A DNA stretch of 64,000 bases from Candidatus Omnitrophota bacterium (GCA_023819375.1 JAMWDI010000002.1:181896-245895); one strand, 5' to 3'. Shown: positions 16,742-27,308, numbered from the stretch's first letter. The notes: a model not told the origin generated them from the letters alone. Program-made: numbers and translations.

Positions 16742-18508
16742 TCATAAATCCTTTTGAATGTCAATTTTAATCCTATTTTCTTTTAATAATTGCTCTTCAA
16801 CTTCATTTGGAGCATCAGTTAATAAACATACACCTTTTTGTGTTTTAGGAAAAGCAATGGTTTCTCTTATAGTTTCTTCTCCAAGAAGAATCATAACTAA
16901 CCTGTCAAGTCCAATTGCTATACCTCCATGAGGAGGAGCACCATATTCTAAACTTTCAAGTAAAAAACCAAACCTTTGTAAATATATGTTTTCATTTAAT
17001 CCTATGATTTTAAATATTTTTTCCTGTAAATTTCTCTTGTTAATTCTTATACTTCCTCCACCTATTTCAATTCCGTTTAAAACTATATCATACGCACGTG
17101 CTTTAACTTTCAAAGGTTCTTTATCAAGTAATTCAATGTCTTCCTCTCTTGGAGAAGTAAATGGATGATGAACTGACTGAATTCTCTGTTCTTCTTCATT
17201 GTATTCAAATAAAGGAAAATCCACAATCCAGACAAAAGAAAATTTGTTTTCTTCTATAAGTTTATTTTTCATCTTATCAATTAAGTTTTTAAGTGTTATA
17301 GTTACCCATTCTTTTTCTCCACCAAGAAAAAATAATATCCCTTTTGGAGAATAATAAGGTAATTCCCTTATATCATTCAGAATGTCTTCTTTTAAATATT
17401 TTTTAAAAGGACTCTGAATTTCTTCTCCTTTAAATTTTATCCATCCTATACCATTTCCACCTGAATTTTTAACAAAATCATTATATTCTTCAATATCTTT
17501 AAGTGATATTTTTTCTCCGTCTTTTACAAAAAACCCTTTAATTTTTCCCCCTTTATCTATAATTTCCTTCAAAATCATTACCCCACTCTTCTTAAATATC
17601 TCCGTTAAATCCATAAACTCAACGTTCATACGTAAATCAGGAGTATCTGTCCCATACTTATCAATTGCTTCCTCATATTTTATCCTTCTAAAAGGTATAT
17701 CTACCTTTATCTCAAAGGTTTTTTCTATTGAATATTTCAGTAAATTTTCTACAAGAGAAATAATGTCATTTTCATCTATAAAAGACATTTCAATGTCAAT
17801 CTGTGTAAATTCTGGTTGTCTATCCGCTCTCAAATCTTCATCTCTAAAACATTTTGCAATTTGATAATATCTATCAAAACCCCCTATCATAAGAATTTGT
17901 TTAAATAACTGTGGAGATTGAGGAAGAGCATAAAATTTCCCAGGATTAAGGCGTGAAGGAACAATAAAATCTCTTGCACCTTCTGGAGTACTTTTTGTCA
18001 AAATTGGAGTTTCAATTTCAACAAAATTATTATCTTTTAAAAATTCTCTAACAGCAAAAACAAAATCAGACCTTTTTATTAAATTTCTTTGGAAAGATTC
18101 CCTTCTCATATCAAGATATCTGTATTTCAGCCGTAAAGTTTCACTTATTTTTTCATTACTTCCTACATCAAAAGGTAAACTTTTACAATAATTTAAAATC
18201 TCAAAGGAAACAAGTTTCACCTCTATTTCTCCAGTGCTTATTTTTTTATTCACTGTTTCCTCAGGCCTTTTTACTACAATCCCCTCAAGTGAAATAACAT
18301 ATTCATTTTTAATCTCTTTCAATTTTTCCCAAACTTCTTCATTGACTTCCATAGGAGAACAAACAATTTGAGTAACTCCATATCTATCTCTTAAATCAAT
18401 AAATTTTAAATTTCCATGATCTCTTATAGAGTGAACCCAACCACATAATTTTACTTTTTGACCAACATTTTTAATATTCAATTCACCACAGGTATGCGTT
18501 CTTAACAT
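16742..18508 (-). CDS. aspS: Aspartyl-tRNA synthetase
   Basis: 588 aa. N-terminal anticodon-binding OB fold (LRTHTCGELN), class II motifs and a C-terminal GGIAIGLDRLVM. Confidence 0.95.
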   Translation of the reverse strand: MLRTHTCGELNIKNVGQKVKLCGWVHSIRDHGNLKFIDLRDRYGVTQIVCSPMEVNEEVWEKLKEIKNEYVISLEGIVVKRPEETVNKKISTGEIEVKLVSFEILNYCKSLPFDVGSNEKISETLRLKYRYLDMRRESFQRNLIKRSDFVFAVREFLKDNNFVEIETPILTKSTPEGARDFIVPSRLNPGKFYALPQSPQLFKQILMIGGFDRYYQIAKCFRDEDLRADRQPEFTQIDIEMSFIDENDIISLVENLLKYSIEKTFEIKVDIPFRRIKYEEAIDKYGTDTPDLRMNVEFMDLTEIFKKSGVMILKEIIDKGGKIKGFFVKDGEKISLKDIEEYNDFVKNSGGNGIGWIKFKGEEIQSPFKKYLKEDILNDIRELPYYSPKGILFFLGGEKEWVTITLKNLIDKMKNKLIEENKFSFVWIVDFPLFEYNEEEQRIQSVHHPFTSPREEDIELLDKEPLKVKARAYDIVLNGIEIGGGSIRINKRNLQEKIFKIIGLNENIYLQRFGFLLESLEYGAPPHGGIAIGLDRLVMILLGEETIRETIAFPKTQKGVCLLTDAPNEVEEQLLKENRIKIDIQKDL

Positions 18509-19755
18509 TTTGTTATCTCCTTTAATTTTTTTATAATTTCTTTTTCGTTAACCTCAATTTGATATCCATCTTTCATATTTTTCAAAATCATAATACCTTT
18601 TTCAATTTCATTATCACCCAAAATTAGACACCATTTTACACCTATTTTATTTGCTATTCTTAAATTATCACTTAAACTTCTTTCTTCATAATCAACTTCT
18701 ACCATTATTTTTTCTTTTATACATTCTTTCAAAATCTCTAAGCCTTTTAATTTTGCATTATTTCCAAGGAGAATAAAATAAACTGGTTTTTTTTCTTCTT
18801 TATCCTCTTTTTTAATGAATTGAACAATTCTATCAATACCTGCGGCAAACCCTACTGCAGGAATATCAGGACCTCCCATTTCCTCTACAAGATTATCATA
18901 TCTTCCACCTCCAGCAATAGCAATATCATCTTTTTCTGTAGATACTTCAAAAACTGTTCTGGTATAATAATCAAGCCCTCTTACAAGATTGGAGTTTATA
19001 CTAAAATTTATGTTAAATTTTAAAAGAAAATTAACAAAAGTATCAAAATGGTTTTTGCAATCATCGCATAAATAATTAAGAATAGATGGAACTTCTTTCA
19101 AATTTTCTTTACAGAAGGTATTTTTACAATCAAAAACTCTTAAAGGATTTTTTTCTATTCTAATTTTACAATCTTCACAAAATTTATCTATCTTTTCTTG
19201 CAAATTTTTTTTAATTTGTTCTACATATTTATTTTTACATATTCTGCAACCGAGAGAATTAACAATAAAGACAAAATTTTCTATACCAATTTTTTTCAAA
19301 GAAATATCAAGTATTTGAACAATTTCCCCATCAAAAAAAGGATGTTTACCACCAAATGTTTCAACTCCGAATTGATAAAACTGTCTATATCTCCCTTTTT
19401 GTGGTCTATCGTATCTAAACATTGGACCATAATAATAAAATCTTGCAATTTTTTTTGTAATATAAACTTTGTTTTCTATATAGGCTCTTACAACAGAAGC
19501 AGTTCCCTCCGGCCTTAAAGCAATTTCTCTACCTTTTTTGTCTTTAAATTCATACATTTCTTTCATAACTATATCACTGGTTGCTCCTATCCCTCTTACA
19601 AATAAATATTTATTTTCTAAAATTGGAGTTCTAATTTCTTTAAAACCAAATATTTCGCAAACTTCTATAAAAGCCTTTTCCACTCTTTGCCACAGTTCTA
19701 TTTCGTCTGGTAAAATATCTTTCATCCCTCTTAATTTTGTGAAATTACCATTCAT
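18502..19755 (-). CDS. hisS: Histidyl-tRNA synthetase (with a Cys-rich insertion)
   Basis: Start at the ATG at 19755 (MNGNFTKLRGMKD). Motifs 1-3 of class IIa HisRS, GGGRYD, and a C-terminal anticodon-binding domain. Confidence 0.9.
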   Translation of the reverse strand: MNGNFTKLRGMKDILPDEIELWQRVEKAFIEVCEIFGFKEIRTPILENKYLFVRGIGATSDIVMKEMYEFKDKKGREIALRPEGTASVVRAYIENKVYITKKIARFYYYGPMFRYDRPQKGRYRQFYQFGVETFGGKHPFFDGEIVQILDISLKKIGIENFVFIVNSLGCRICKNKYVEQIKKNLQEKIDKFCEDCKIRIEKNPLRVFDCKNTFCKENLKEVPSILNYLCDDCKNHFDTFVNFLLKFNINFSINSNLVRGLDYYTRTVFEVSTEKDDIAIAGGGRYDNLVEEMGGPDIPAVGFAAGIDRIVQFIKKEDKEEKKPVYFILLGNNAKLKGLEILKECIKEKIMVEVDYEERSLSDNLRIANKIGVKWCLILGDNEIEKGIMILKNMKDGYQIEVNEKEIIKKLKEITKC

Positions 19756-19802
19756 TTCAATTTTCCTTTTACAGATAATAAATTTACCATCAATTTTAAA
19801 AA

Positions 19803-19831
19803 TTGACAAAGTTTTTTTTTAGAAGTATAAT
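19803..19831 (+). promoter_or_regulatory. Sigma70-type promoter for rpsO-pnp, a perfect consensus
   Basis: TTGACA at 19803-19808, a 17-nt spacer, TATAAT at 19826-19831. It lies in the divergent hisS/rpsO intergenic region. Confidence 0.6.
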
Positions 19832-19859
19832 AATTAACCAAATTAAAAAGGAGAAAGAA

Positions 19860-20126
19860 ATGCTTGAAAGCGAAGTAAAAAAAGAAATAATAAATAAATT
19901 TAAAAGACACGAAAAAGACACAGGTTCTCCAGAAGTACAAATTGCTTTACTTACAAAAAGGATAGAAGCCTTGAATGAACATTTTAAAAAACATAGAAAA
20001 GATTTTAATTCAAGAAGAGGATTTTTAAAATTAATAGGAAGAAGAAGAAAATTATTAAGATATTTACAACAGACCGATCCAGAAAAATATATAAAGGTTA
20101 TAAGTGAATTAAATCTTAGAAAATGA
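19860..20126 (+). CDS. rpsO: 30S ribosomal protein S15
   Basis: Start at the ATG at 19860 with an AAGGAG RBS. Sequence [14 protein letters not shown]...LLRYL is classic S15. Confidence 0.9.
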   Translation: MLESEVKKEIINKFKRHEKDTGSPEVQIALLTKRIEALNEHFKKHRKDFNSRRGFLKLIGRRRKLLRYLQQTDPEKYIKVISELNLRK

Positions 20127-22222
20127 AGCAAATTGTTATTCCTACCGGTAATAAAACAATTGAAATAGAAATAAATTCTGTTGCAAAACAAAGCAGTGGA
20201 TCAGCACTTGTTAAATGTGGTGAAACAATTGTTCTTGTTACTGCAGTTCAATCTGAAGAAGAAAAAGAAAATGTAGATTTTTTCCCTCTAATATGTGATT
20301 ATAGAGAACAAACCTCTGCTGCTGGAAAATTCCCTGGGGGTTTTTTTAAAAGAGAAGGAAAACCAAGTGAAAGAGAAGTAATTGTAAGTCGTTTAATAGA
20401 TAGATCAATAAGACCAGTTTTTCCATCAAATTTTCAAAAAGAAGTTCAGGTAATTTCATTTGTCCTCTCAGCAGATACAGAAAATGAACCAGATGTTCTT
20501 TCGGCAATTGGAGCTTCTGTTTCTCTACTTGTATCAAAAATACCCTTCTCTATTCCTGTTGGATGTGTCCGTGTAATTAAAAAAAATTCAGAATTCATTG
20601 TTAATCCTTCCATTTCTGATTTTGCAGAAAGTAATTTAAATCTTGTTATATCAGCAACTAAGGATGCAATATTAATGCTTGAAGGAATGGGAAATGAAAT
20701 TTCAGAGAAAGATTTTTTAAATGCAATTGAAATAGGATGGAATGAAATAAGAAAAATGATTGAAAGAATAGAAGATATTGTTAATCCAGATAAAGAAAAA
20801 TGTGAAATTGTTGCTAATGAAGAAATTTACAATCAAATTGTTGAATATTTAAAATTAAATCTTCAAAATGCCTATAATTATCCAGAAAAACAAAAAAGAA
20901 AAGAATTTTATAAACAGTTAAAAGATTCTTTTTTATCAAAATTTGAAGAAGAGGAAAAAAAGAAAGAAATTGAAAAAATTTATGATATTGTTTTTGAAAA
21001 AGAAATAAGAAATTTAATTTTAAATTCTCAAAAAAGACTTGATGGTAGAACTTTTAAGGAGATTAGACCTGTTGAATGTAAAATAGGCCTTTTACCAAGA
21101 ACACATGGTTCTGCATTATTTACAAGAGGACAAACCCAATGCCTTGCTTCTGTAACACTTGGAACAAGTATGGATCAACAAATAATTGACGGTCTTTATG
21201 AAGAGACAACCAAGAGATTTATGGTGCATTATAATTTCCCTCCTTTCTCTGTTGGAGAGGTTTCTCCTTTAAGAGCACCTACCAGAAGAGAGATAGGGCA
21301 TGGTTACCTTGCTGAAAGATCTCTTTTGCCATTAATTCCAGAAGAGAAAATTTTCCCATATACTATCAGAATAGTTGCTAACATACTTGAATCAAATGGC
21401 TCTTCTTCAATGGCTACTGTTTGTGCTGGAAGTTTATCTTTAATGGATGCAGGTGTTCCAATTTTAAAACATGTTGGCGGTGTATCTGTTGGTTTAATAA
21501 AAGAAGGAGAAAAATATGTTATCCTTACTGATATTGCAGGAGAAGAAGATCATTATGGAGATATGGATCTTAAAATTGCTGGAACAAAAGACGGAATTAC
21601 AGGATTTCAAATGGATGTTAAAATTACAGAAATTAATTTAGACATACTGGAAAAGGCTATTTTCCAATCAAAAGAAGCAAGAAGTGAAATTCTTGAAAAA
21701 ATGTATGGCACAATCTCTTCTCCAAAATCTAATTTATCTCCTTATGCTCCAAAATTCATTACAATAAAAATAAATCCAGAAAAAGTTGGTCTTGTAATTG
21801 GAACTGGTGGAAAGACAATTAAAAAAATTATTGAAGATACTGGTGTAAAAATAGACATACTTGAAGAAGGAGAAATAAGAATTTATTCTAATGATCTTGA
21901 AGCATGTAAAAAAGCAGCAAGTGAGATAAATAAAATAGCAGAAGAGCCAGAAATTGGTCAAATATATGAAGGGGTGGTAACAAAAATTTTCCCATTTGGT
22001 GCAGTTGTTAGATTTTTACCATCACAAGAAGGATTAATTCATATTTCTGAACTTGCACCCTATAGAGTAAAACGAGTTGAAGATATTGTCAAAATTGGTT
22101 CTCCTGTGAAAGTTAAAGTTATAGGTTTTGATGAACAGGGAAGAATTTTGTTAAGCAGAAAACAGGCATTAGAATTTGAAAAAGGAAACAATAAAAATGA
22201 ACAAACCAAAAAAGGCGGGTAA
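20123..22222 (+). CDS. pnp: Polynucleotide phosphorylase
   Basis: 699 aa: two RNase PH domains, KH and S1 ([18 protein letters not shown]). ATGA overlap with the rpsO stop. Confidence 0.95.
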   Translation: MKQIVIPTGNKTIEIEINSVAKQSSGSALVKCGETIVLVTAVQSEEEKENVDFFPLICDYREQTSAAGKFPGGFFKREGKPSEREVIVSRLIDRSIRPVFPSNFQKEVQVISFVLSADTENEPDVLSAIGASVSLLVSKIPFSIPVGCVRVIKKNSEFIVNPSISDFAESNLNLVISATKDAILMLEGMGNEISEKDFLNAIEIGWNEIRKMIERIEDIVNPDKEKCEIVANEEIYNQIVEYLKLNLQNAYNYPEKQKRKEFYKQLKDSFLSKFEEEEKKKEIEKIYDIVFEKEIRNLILNSQKRLDGRTFKEIRPVECKIGLLPRTHGSALFTRGQTQCLASVTLGTSMDQQIIDGLYEETTKRFMVHYNFPPFSVGEVSPLRAPTRREIGHGYLAERSLLPLIPEEKIFPYTIRIVANILESNGSSSMATVCAGSLSLMDAGVPILKHVGGVSVGLIKEGEKYVILTDIAGEEDHYGDMDLKIAGTKDGITGFQMDVKITEINLDILEKAIFQSKEARSEILEKMYGTISSPKSNLSPYAPKFITIKINPEKVGLVIGTGGKTIKKIIEDTGVKIDILEEGEIRIYSNDLEACKKAASEINKIAEEPEIGQIYEGVVTKIFPFGAVVRFLPSQEGLIHISELAPYRVKRVEDIVKIGSPVKVKVIGFDEQGRILLSRKQALEFEKGNNKNEQTKKGG

Positions 22223-23912
22223 AAACATTACTTCTCCAGTAAAAACACCTACAATAGGAGTATTCGCTCCATGCGATCCAAGGATTGATGAAATATCAAA
22301 GCAAAGAGTAAGGAATATAGTTGAAATGACTGCAAATTTATTAGCAGAAAGTATAAAACTTCCTGATGGTTCATATTGTAAGGTTGTCTTTAGCGATATT
22401 TTAATTGAAAGTGAAAAAGAGGCAGACATAGTTGCAAGACAGTTTGAAGATGAAAAAGTAAACATTTTAGTTGGTGTTCCAGATACTTGGGCGTTTCCTC
22501 AATTGACTTTAATTTCTTTTCTTAAACAATTTCCAGAAGATACTCCAATTAACCTAACTTGTGGAAACAGTGGGCCAAAACCCGGGGTTGTTTACACACA
22601 TGCATGTAGTGGTGCTATTTCTCAATATGGGAAACTAATCCATATAATAGTTGGCAATTGGCCTGATACAGGCTTAAATCCAGTTATGAGTGAAAATACT
22701 TTAAAACAATTAATAGATTGGTGTTATGCTGCCTTAACATATATTGGATTAAAAGGAAGAAGAGTTGTAATTTTTGGGCATGACTCAATGGGAATGGAAA
22801 CTGCTCTTGCCCATATCATTCCAACAAGAAAAATATTTGGTTTAGAAATTACAAGGTTGGATATGAAATTAGTTGCTGACATGTTAAACAAACAAGCATA
22901 CAGTAAAGATGAGTTAAAAGAATTGAGAAACTGGTTAGAAAAATATTCTGGTGGAATAGAATTAAGAAATGCAGATGATAGTAAAAGATTGGATCAATCA
23001 CTTGCTATGTATTTAATAGTAAGAGATATTATAAAAGAACTAAATGCTGTTGGTGGCGGTTTTATGAGTCAACTTGAATGGGGCTCTGATAAAAGAGGAA
23101 TACCACTACCTGTAGCAGATATAATGGAGTCCCTTTTTAATTCAAGTTTTGATCATAATGGAAAAAAGCCTCCTTTACCATTTGCCACTGAAGCAGATGT
23201 TCAGGGTCTCTTAACAATGTTATTTTTTACATACCTTTCAGGTGGAGCACCACCTTTATTTATGGATTTTAGAAAAGTATGGGAAGGTTGGGAAATCAAA
23301 GAACTGGCTCAGAAAATTGGAGTTAAAATTAATGAAGAGGAAATATGGGTCAAAAAAGGATTTGTTGATGGAACTAATTCTGGAAGTGCGTCATTTGATT
23401 GGGCTGGATATCCTGGTGAAGAACCGGAAAAAGTATTAAAAAGAATAAAATTCCCTCTTGCTGACGAATTTTATTTTCCAGGACTTGGTAATTCTGTTAA
23501 TTTTATTTCACCAGGAGGAATAAAAGGAATAGCAGGAAGGCTTGCCTATAGTTCATTAAACAACATATTTTCTCTTATTTGGGATGAAGCAGAAACAGTT
23601 GAACTACCTGAAAAACTTGCTGATGCTGTCTGTAGAATATCTACATACACCTGGCCACATACATTTGTTGTTCCAAAATATGCAACAATGGTAGAGTATA
23701 AACAATATGCCCCTGCAAATCATTTTCATATGATTTGGAATTTACCTGTTGCACGATTAGAATATTGGATGGATTTGGCAAATGTTTTATCTGTAAATAA
23801 CTGGAAAGAAAGGCCAAAATTTATAGAAGGAGTTGACAGACCTTTACCCTTACTCTACCTTATCAACGGTGGAGAAACAGAGACAAAACTCAAGATTGCT
23901 CAAAAATTTTAA
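22197..23912 (+). CDS. L-fucose isomerase-family protein
   Basis: Segments LFNSSFDHNGKKPPLPFATEADVQGLLTML and TYTWPHTFVVPK align with FucI blocks [22 protein letters not shown] and STWPTTWFAPR. The start is taken at the ATG at 22197, after a GGAAA RBS. Confidence 0.65.
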   Translation: MNKPKKAGKNITSPVKTPTIGVFAPCDPRIDEISKQRVRNIVEMTANLLAESIKLPDGSYCKVVFSDILIESEKEADIVARQFEDEKVNILVGVPDTWAFPQLTLISFLKQFPEDTPINLTCGNSGPKPGVVYTHACSGAISQYGKLIHIIVGNWPDTGLNPVMSENTLKQLIDWCYAALTYIGLKGRRVVIFGHDSMGMETALAHIIPTRKIFGLEITRLDMKLVADMLNKQAYSKDELKELRNWLEKYSGGIELRNADDSKRLDQSLAMYLIVRDIIKELNAVGGGFMSQLEWGSDKRGIPLPVADIMESLFNSSFDHNGKKPPLPFATEADVQGLLTMLFFTYLSGGAPPLFMDFRKVWEGWEIKELAQKIGVKINEEEIWVKKGFVDGTNSGSASFDWAGYPGEEPEKVLKRIKFPLADEFYFPGLGNSVNFISPGGIKGIAGRLAYSSLNNIFSLIWDEAETVELPEKLADAVCRISTYTWPHTFVVPKYATMVEYKQYAPANHFHMIWNLPVARLEYWMDLANVLSVNNWKERPKFIEGVDRPLPLLYLINGGETETKLKIAQKF

Positions 23913-23925
23913 CTTTTTACAAAAA

Positions 23926-23953
23926 TTGACATTAAAAATATTTTGCATATAAT
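23926..23953 (+). promoter_or_regulatory. Sigma70-type promoter upstream of tRNA-Glu
   Basis: TTGACA at 23926-23931, a 16-nt spacer, TATAAT at 23948-23953. The tRNA starts 22 nt downstream. Confidence 0.5.
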
Positions 23954-23975
23954 ATATTTATATGTTTTGGATTGT

Positions 23976-24048
23976 GCCCCCATCGACTAGCGGTCTAGGT
24001 CACCACTCTTTCAAGGTGGTAGCGCCGGTTCGAGTCCGGCTGGGGGCA
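23976..24048 (+). tRNA. tRNA-Glu (anticodon TTC)
   Basis: GCCCCCA/TGGGGGC acceptor stem, anticodon loop CTTTCAA, TTCGAGT T-loop. Followed by a TTTTTATT run. Confidence 0.85.
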
Positions 24049-24059
24049 TTTTTATTCAA

Positions 24060-24560
24060 ATGAAAAGAATAATAGCAGTTTGTGGTAGTAATGCAGGAGA
24101 TAAAAATTTATCAAAGGAAATTTTAAAAATTGCAGAAGAGGTTGGTAGATTAATTGCTGGAAAAGGCGGCATACTTCTCTGTGGAGGTCTGGGTGGTATA
24201 ATGGAAGCAGTAGCCAGAGGAGCAAAAGAAAAAGGTGGGATAACTGTTGGCATTCTTCCTTATGATAAATCAAAAGCAAATAGATACATTGATATACCTA
24301 TTGAAACAAACCTTGGATTTTATAGAAACTATATAATTGTTAATTCAGCAGATGTAATAATTGGAATATGTGGAAGATGGGGAACTTTAAATGAAATATC
24401 AATGGCTATGGCTCTTGGAAAACCAGTAATTTTAATATCTACATCAAAAGGGATATGTGAATTGTTAAGCAAAAAAGAAATTCTTGAATATTTTGAAGAA
24501 AAACCATACATAGTAGAAACACCAGAAGAAGCAGTTGAACTTGCTTTTAAAATAAAATGA
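24060..24560 (+). CDS. LOG/TIGR00725-family Rossmann-fold nucleotide-binding protein (SLOG-like)
   Basis: GGLGGIMEA and CGRWGTLNE correspond to the LOG-family GGxGxM and PGGxGTxxE motifs. The gene starts 11 nt after tRNA-Glu with no obvious SD. Its stop overlaps the next gene as ATGA. Confidence 0.7.
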   Translation: MKRIIAVCGSNAGDKNLSKEILKIAEEVGRLIAGKGGILLCGGLGGIMEAVARGAKEKGGITVGILPYDKSKANRYIDIPIETNLGFYRNYIIVNSADVIIGICGRWGTLNEISMAMALGKPVILISTSKGICELLSKKEILEYFEEKPYIVETPEEAVELAFKIK

Positions 24561-26080
24561 AAAGAGAAAAAAATATATATAAAGAAAAACAAGAAAAAAT
24601 TTTAACTAAAAAAAGTGGTTATGTTAAAGATTTTGGAACAGCACATTATATTTCAATAGAAAAACAAAGACGGGAATTTGGAATACATCTTACTTCAATA
24701 GACATTTTTAAAAAATTTATCCTACCAGAAATTAAAAATATTCTTTTTAAATATACTTGGGTTGATTTGTTTGCAGGGGAAGGAAACTTAATTTTACCAA
24801 TATTAGAAGAAATCCCAGAAAGAGAAAGAATAATTTTTTTTAAAGAACATATACTGCTTTTTGATATACAGAAAGAAATGGTTGATAAATGCATTAAAAA
24901 TGCTGGTAATTATGGAATTCCTTATGATATAGCAAAAACAAATATCCAGATAAGAGATACACTTGGAAACTATCCCAATTTAAAAAATCTAAAATATCCC
25001 CCTTACCATATAACAAATCCTCCATATCTTTATATAGGATATATTGTAAAAAACTCAGAAAGAAACTTAAAATATTTTTCTGGACATAATGAAGGATATC
25101 AAGATTTATATCAAATTGCTCTTATGAATGATTTAAGAAATAATCTTGAAAAAATGATTTATATAATTCCAACCAACTTTTTATTTGGATATTCAGTATC
25201 CAATAAAATTAGAAGAGATTTTTTACATTACTACAACATTAAAAAAGCAATCATTTTTGAAAGGAAAATATTTGAATTTACAGGAACCAATGTTTGCATA
25301 TGTTTTTTTGAGAGAAAAAAAGAGCCTTCACAAACTCCTATAATTTTTAAAGCATTGAAAATAAATGATAGAATTGTAGAAAAAGAATATAATTTATCCT
25401 TTAAAAATTTTTATAGAGCAGGTGGAGAATTTGACGAATTTATTAACGAATTTAGGCACCCCTCACCTTTAAAAATTAAATTTTATCTCACATTAGATGA
25501 AGTTAAAAAAAACAAAGGAGAAATAGAAGTTAAACTTTTGGATGTAAACAATTTTTCTAATGGTTATTTTAAATATAACACCTATTTTATTAATAAAAAA
25601 CTTTATAAAAAATTACAAAGTAATCCTTTATTTGTGAGAACTTTAGATACAGGAAGCTGGGAAGGAAGAGTTGGAATTTATAATGTAAAAGAAACATTTG
25701 GAGTTGATGGTATATTGGTAACAAAAGAAAAATATCGTACACATCCTATACAAATCTTTATAACTCCTGAACTTCCCAAAGAAGATTTAATTTTATTAAA
25801 AAATTATTTTAATTTAATGCTTGAATATTTTAGAGATATTACAGATAGCGAATTTTTGACTACTTTTAAATATTCTAATTCAAATTATATAAGAAAATAT
25901 TTAGGATTATCTCAAACGAAAAAATTGTTGGAAACTTTCCCAGTTCATCTGATGAAACCAAAAACAAAACACATATTAAAAATTTTAATTGAACAGAAAA
26001 ATATAGAAGGAATAAAAGAGATTTTGTCAAATTTAAATAAAAAAAACAAAGAGGAATTAACACTTTTTGACTATGAATAA
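24557..26080 (+). CDS. Gamma-class N6-adenine DNA methyltransferase-like protein (motif X-I-IV order, C-terminal target recognition domain)
   Basis: Motif I VDLFAGEGN, motif IV NPPY (YHITNPPYLY), and an upstream motif X-like GIHLTSIDIFKKFI. 507 aa with a long variable C-terminal half. Confidence 0.7.
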   Translation: MKREKNIYKEKQEKILTKKSGYVKDFGTAHYISIEKQRREFGIHLTSIDIFKKFILPEIKNILFKYTWVDLFAGEGNLILPILEEIPERERIIFFKEHILLFDIQKEMVDKCIKNAGNYGIPYDIAKTNIQIRDTLGNYPNLKNLKYPPYHITNPPYLYIGYIVKNSERNLKYFSGHNEGYQDLYQIALMNDLRNNLEKMIYIIPTNFLFGYSVSNKIRRDFLHYYNIKKAIIFERKIFEFTGTNVCICFFERKKEPSQTPIIFKALKINDRIVEKEYNLSFKNFYRAGGEFDEFINEFRHPSPLKIKFYLTLDEVKKNKGEIEVKLLDVNNFSNGYFKYNTYFINKKLYKKLQSNPLFVRTLDTGSWEGRVGIYNVKETFGVDGILVTKEKYRTHPIQIFITPELPKEDLILLKNYFNLMLEYFRDITDSEFLTTFKYSNSNYIRKYLGLSQTKKLLETFPVHLMKPKTKHILKILIEQKNIEGIKEILSNLNKKNKEELTLFDYE

Positions 26081-26870
26081 ATGGATTGAAAAAAGTATAA
26101 AATTAGCAAAAAGTGAAGGTTATTTGGATAAATTATTAGAAATATATCCACCTGAAGAAATTAAAAGAGGGAAAATTGTAGAAGATATATCTCCAAATCT
26201 TAAAACTTTTTTCCAAAATAAAGATTCTATTAATTTAATAAAAGAATTAGTTCATTTGAAAAAAGAGGGTTTTAAATTTCCAATTGAAAATCCATATATA
26301 AGTTTTTTATGCCATTATGAAGATGCAATTGATAAAAATCCTAAAACAATTGAAAAAATTTGTGAGAAGATTTTTGAAATGAACTATAATGAATTAAAAC
26401 AAAAATTAGAGTCGCCTAAAAAGGCAAGCAGAAGAATAGGTCCTATGTTTAAAGAATATCTTAAAAATAATTTTAAATTTGTAGATATTGAAGAATTTGA
26501 AAAATCCTATAATTTAGTTTTTCTAAAAGGTGGGGATAAATTTTTAAAAGAATATGCAAAAAATGTATTAAAATGTAAATTTAGTGAACCAAGTAAAGGT
26601 TTAGATTTTGTGGCAAAGATTAAAAATAGATATATAATAGGAACTGCTAAATTCATAACTGACTTTGGTGGCTCTCAAGATAATTCTTTTATGGAAGCAA
26701 TAAGGTTTGTTAAAGAAACAAAATGTCCAGAAAATGTAGTAAAAGTTGCAATTATTGATGGCGTGTATTTACGAAGTAAAATGTATGAACAACTTGAACT
26801 TGAAAATAACGAATTCTGTTTTAGTAGTTTATTATTGAATGAGTTTTTAATGAACTTTACAACATTATGA
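26073..26870 (+). CDS. Uncharacterised protein, candidate restriction endonuclease partner of the methyltransferase
   Basis: ATG at 26073 overlaps the MTase stop by 8 nt. 266 aa with no recognisable motifs beyond a possible D...(E/T)AK stretch (GLDFVAKIK...GTAKF). The call is inference from gene context. Confidence 0.4.
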   Translation: MNKWIEKSIKLAKSEGYLDKLLEIYPPEEIKRGKIVEDISPNLKTFFQNKDSINLIKELVHLKKEGFKFPIENPYISFLCHYEDAIDKNPKTIEKICEKIFEMNYNELKQKLESPKKASRRIGPMFKEYLKNNFKFVDIEEFEKSYNLVFLKGGDKFLKEYAKNVLKCKFSEPSKGLDFVAKIKNRYIIGTAKFITDFGGSQDNSFMEAIRFVKETKCPENVVKVAIIDGVYLRSKMYEQLELENNEFCFSSLLLNEFLMNFTTL

Positions 26871-27082
26871 ATTGAATAAAACCATTGGAAATTCTTAAAT
26901 TAATCACTCAATAATTGGCTCAAAAATCATTTTTATTTTTTCAAAAATCTCGTTATATTTTTTATTGTTGTTTTCTATCAAATCATCAAACCAGGATAAA
27001 ATAGTTGCAATACAGGACTGTTTAGAAAATTCCCGACCCTGTTCCATCTCCAAATGGCATATCAATCACCTTCCATTATTTT

Positions 27083-27307
27083 TCATTTTCCTGACTCAAG
27101 TTCTTTAATTCTTTTTTCTATTTCTTCAAGTCGTTTTCTTAAAAATTCTGCCTCTTTTTTCAAATATTCAATTTCTTCTTCTGGAGTAATTTCTAAAGGA
27201 GAATATCCACACCACCAACCAGGCCATGCACATCTTGGAAGTCCACCTCTTCCTATCCCAATGTAGGGATATGGAGGAGTAAAACCTTTAAATCCTCTTG
27301 ATCTCAT
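27083..27307 (-). CDS. DUF5320-family small protein (Gly/Pro-rich N-terminus plus coiled-coil C-terminus)
   Basis: Start at the ATG at 27307 with a GGAGGTG RBS. Its stop-start junction with padR is immediately adjacent. The N-terminus RSRGFKGFTPPYPYIGIGRGG and C-terminal heptad EEIEYLKKEAEFLRKRLEEIEKRIKEL fit DUF5320. Confidence 0.6.
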   Translation of the reverse strand: MRSRGFKGFTPPYPYIGIGRGGLPRCAWPGWWCGYSPLEITPEEEIEYLKKEAEFLRKRLEEIEKRIKELESGK

Positions 27308-27308
27308 A

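Noticed and set aside
22169-22465. 98-aa minus-strand ORF at the pnp/fucI junction
   Set aside because: It is antisense to two well-supported plus-strand genes.
27054-27266. 70-aa plus-strand ORF
   Set aside because: It is antisense to the DUF5320 gene, which has a strong RBS and coupling to padR on the other strand.
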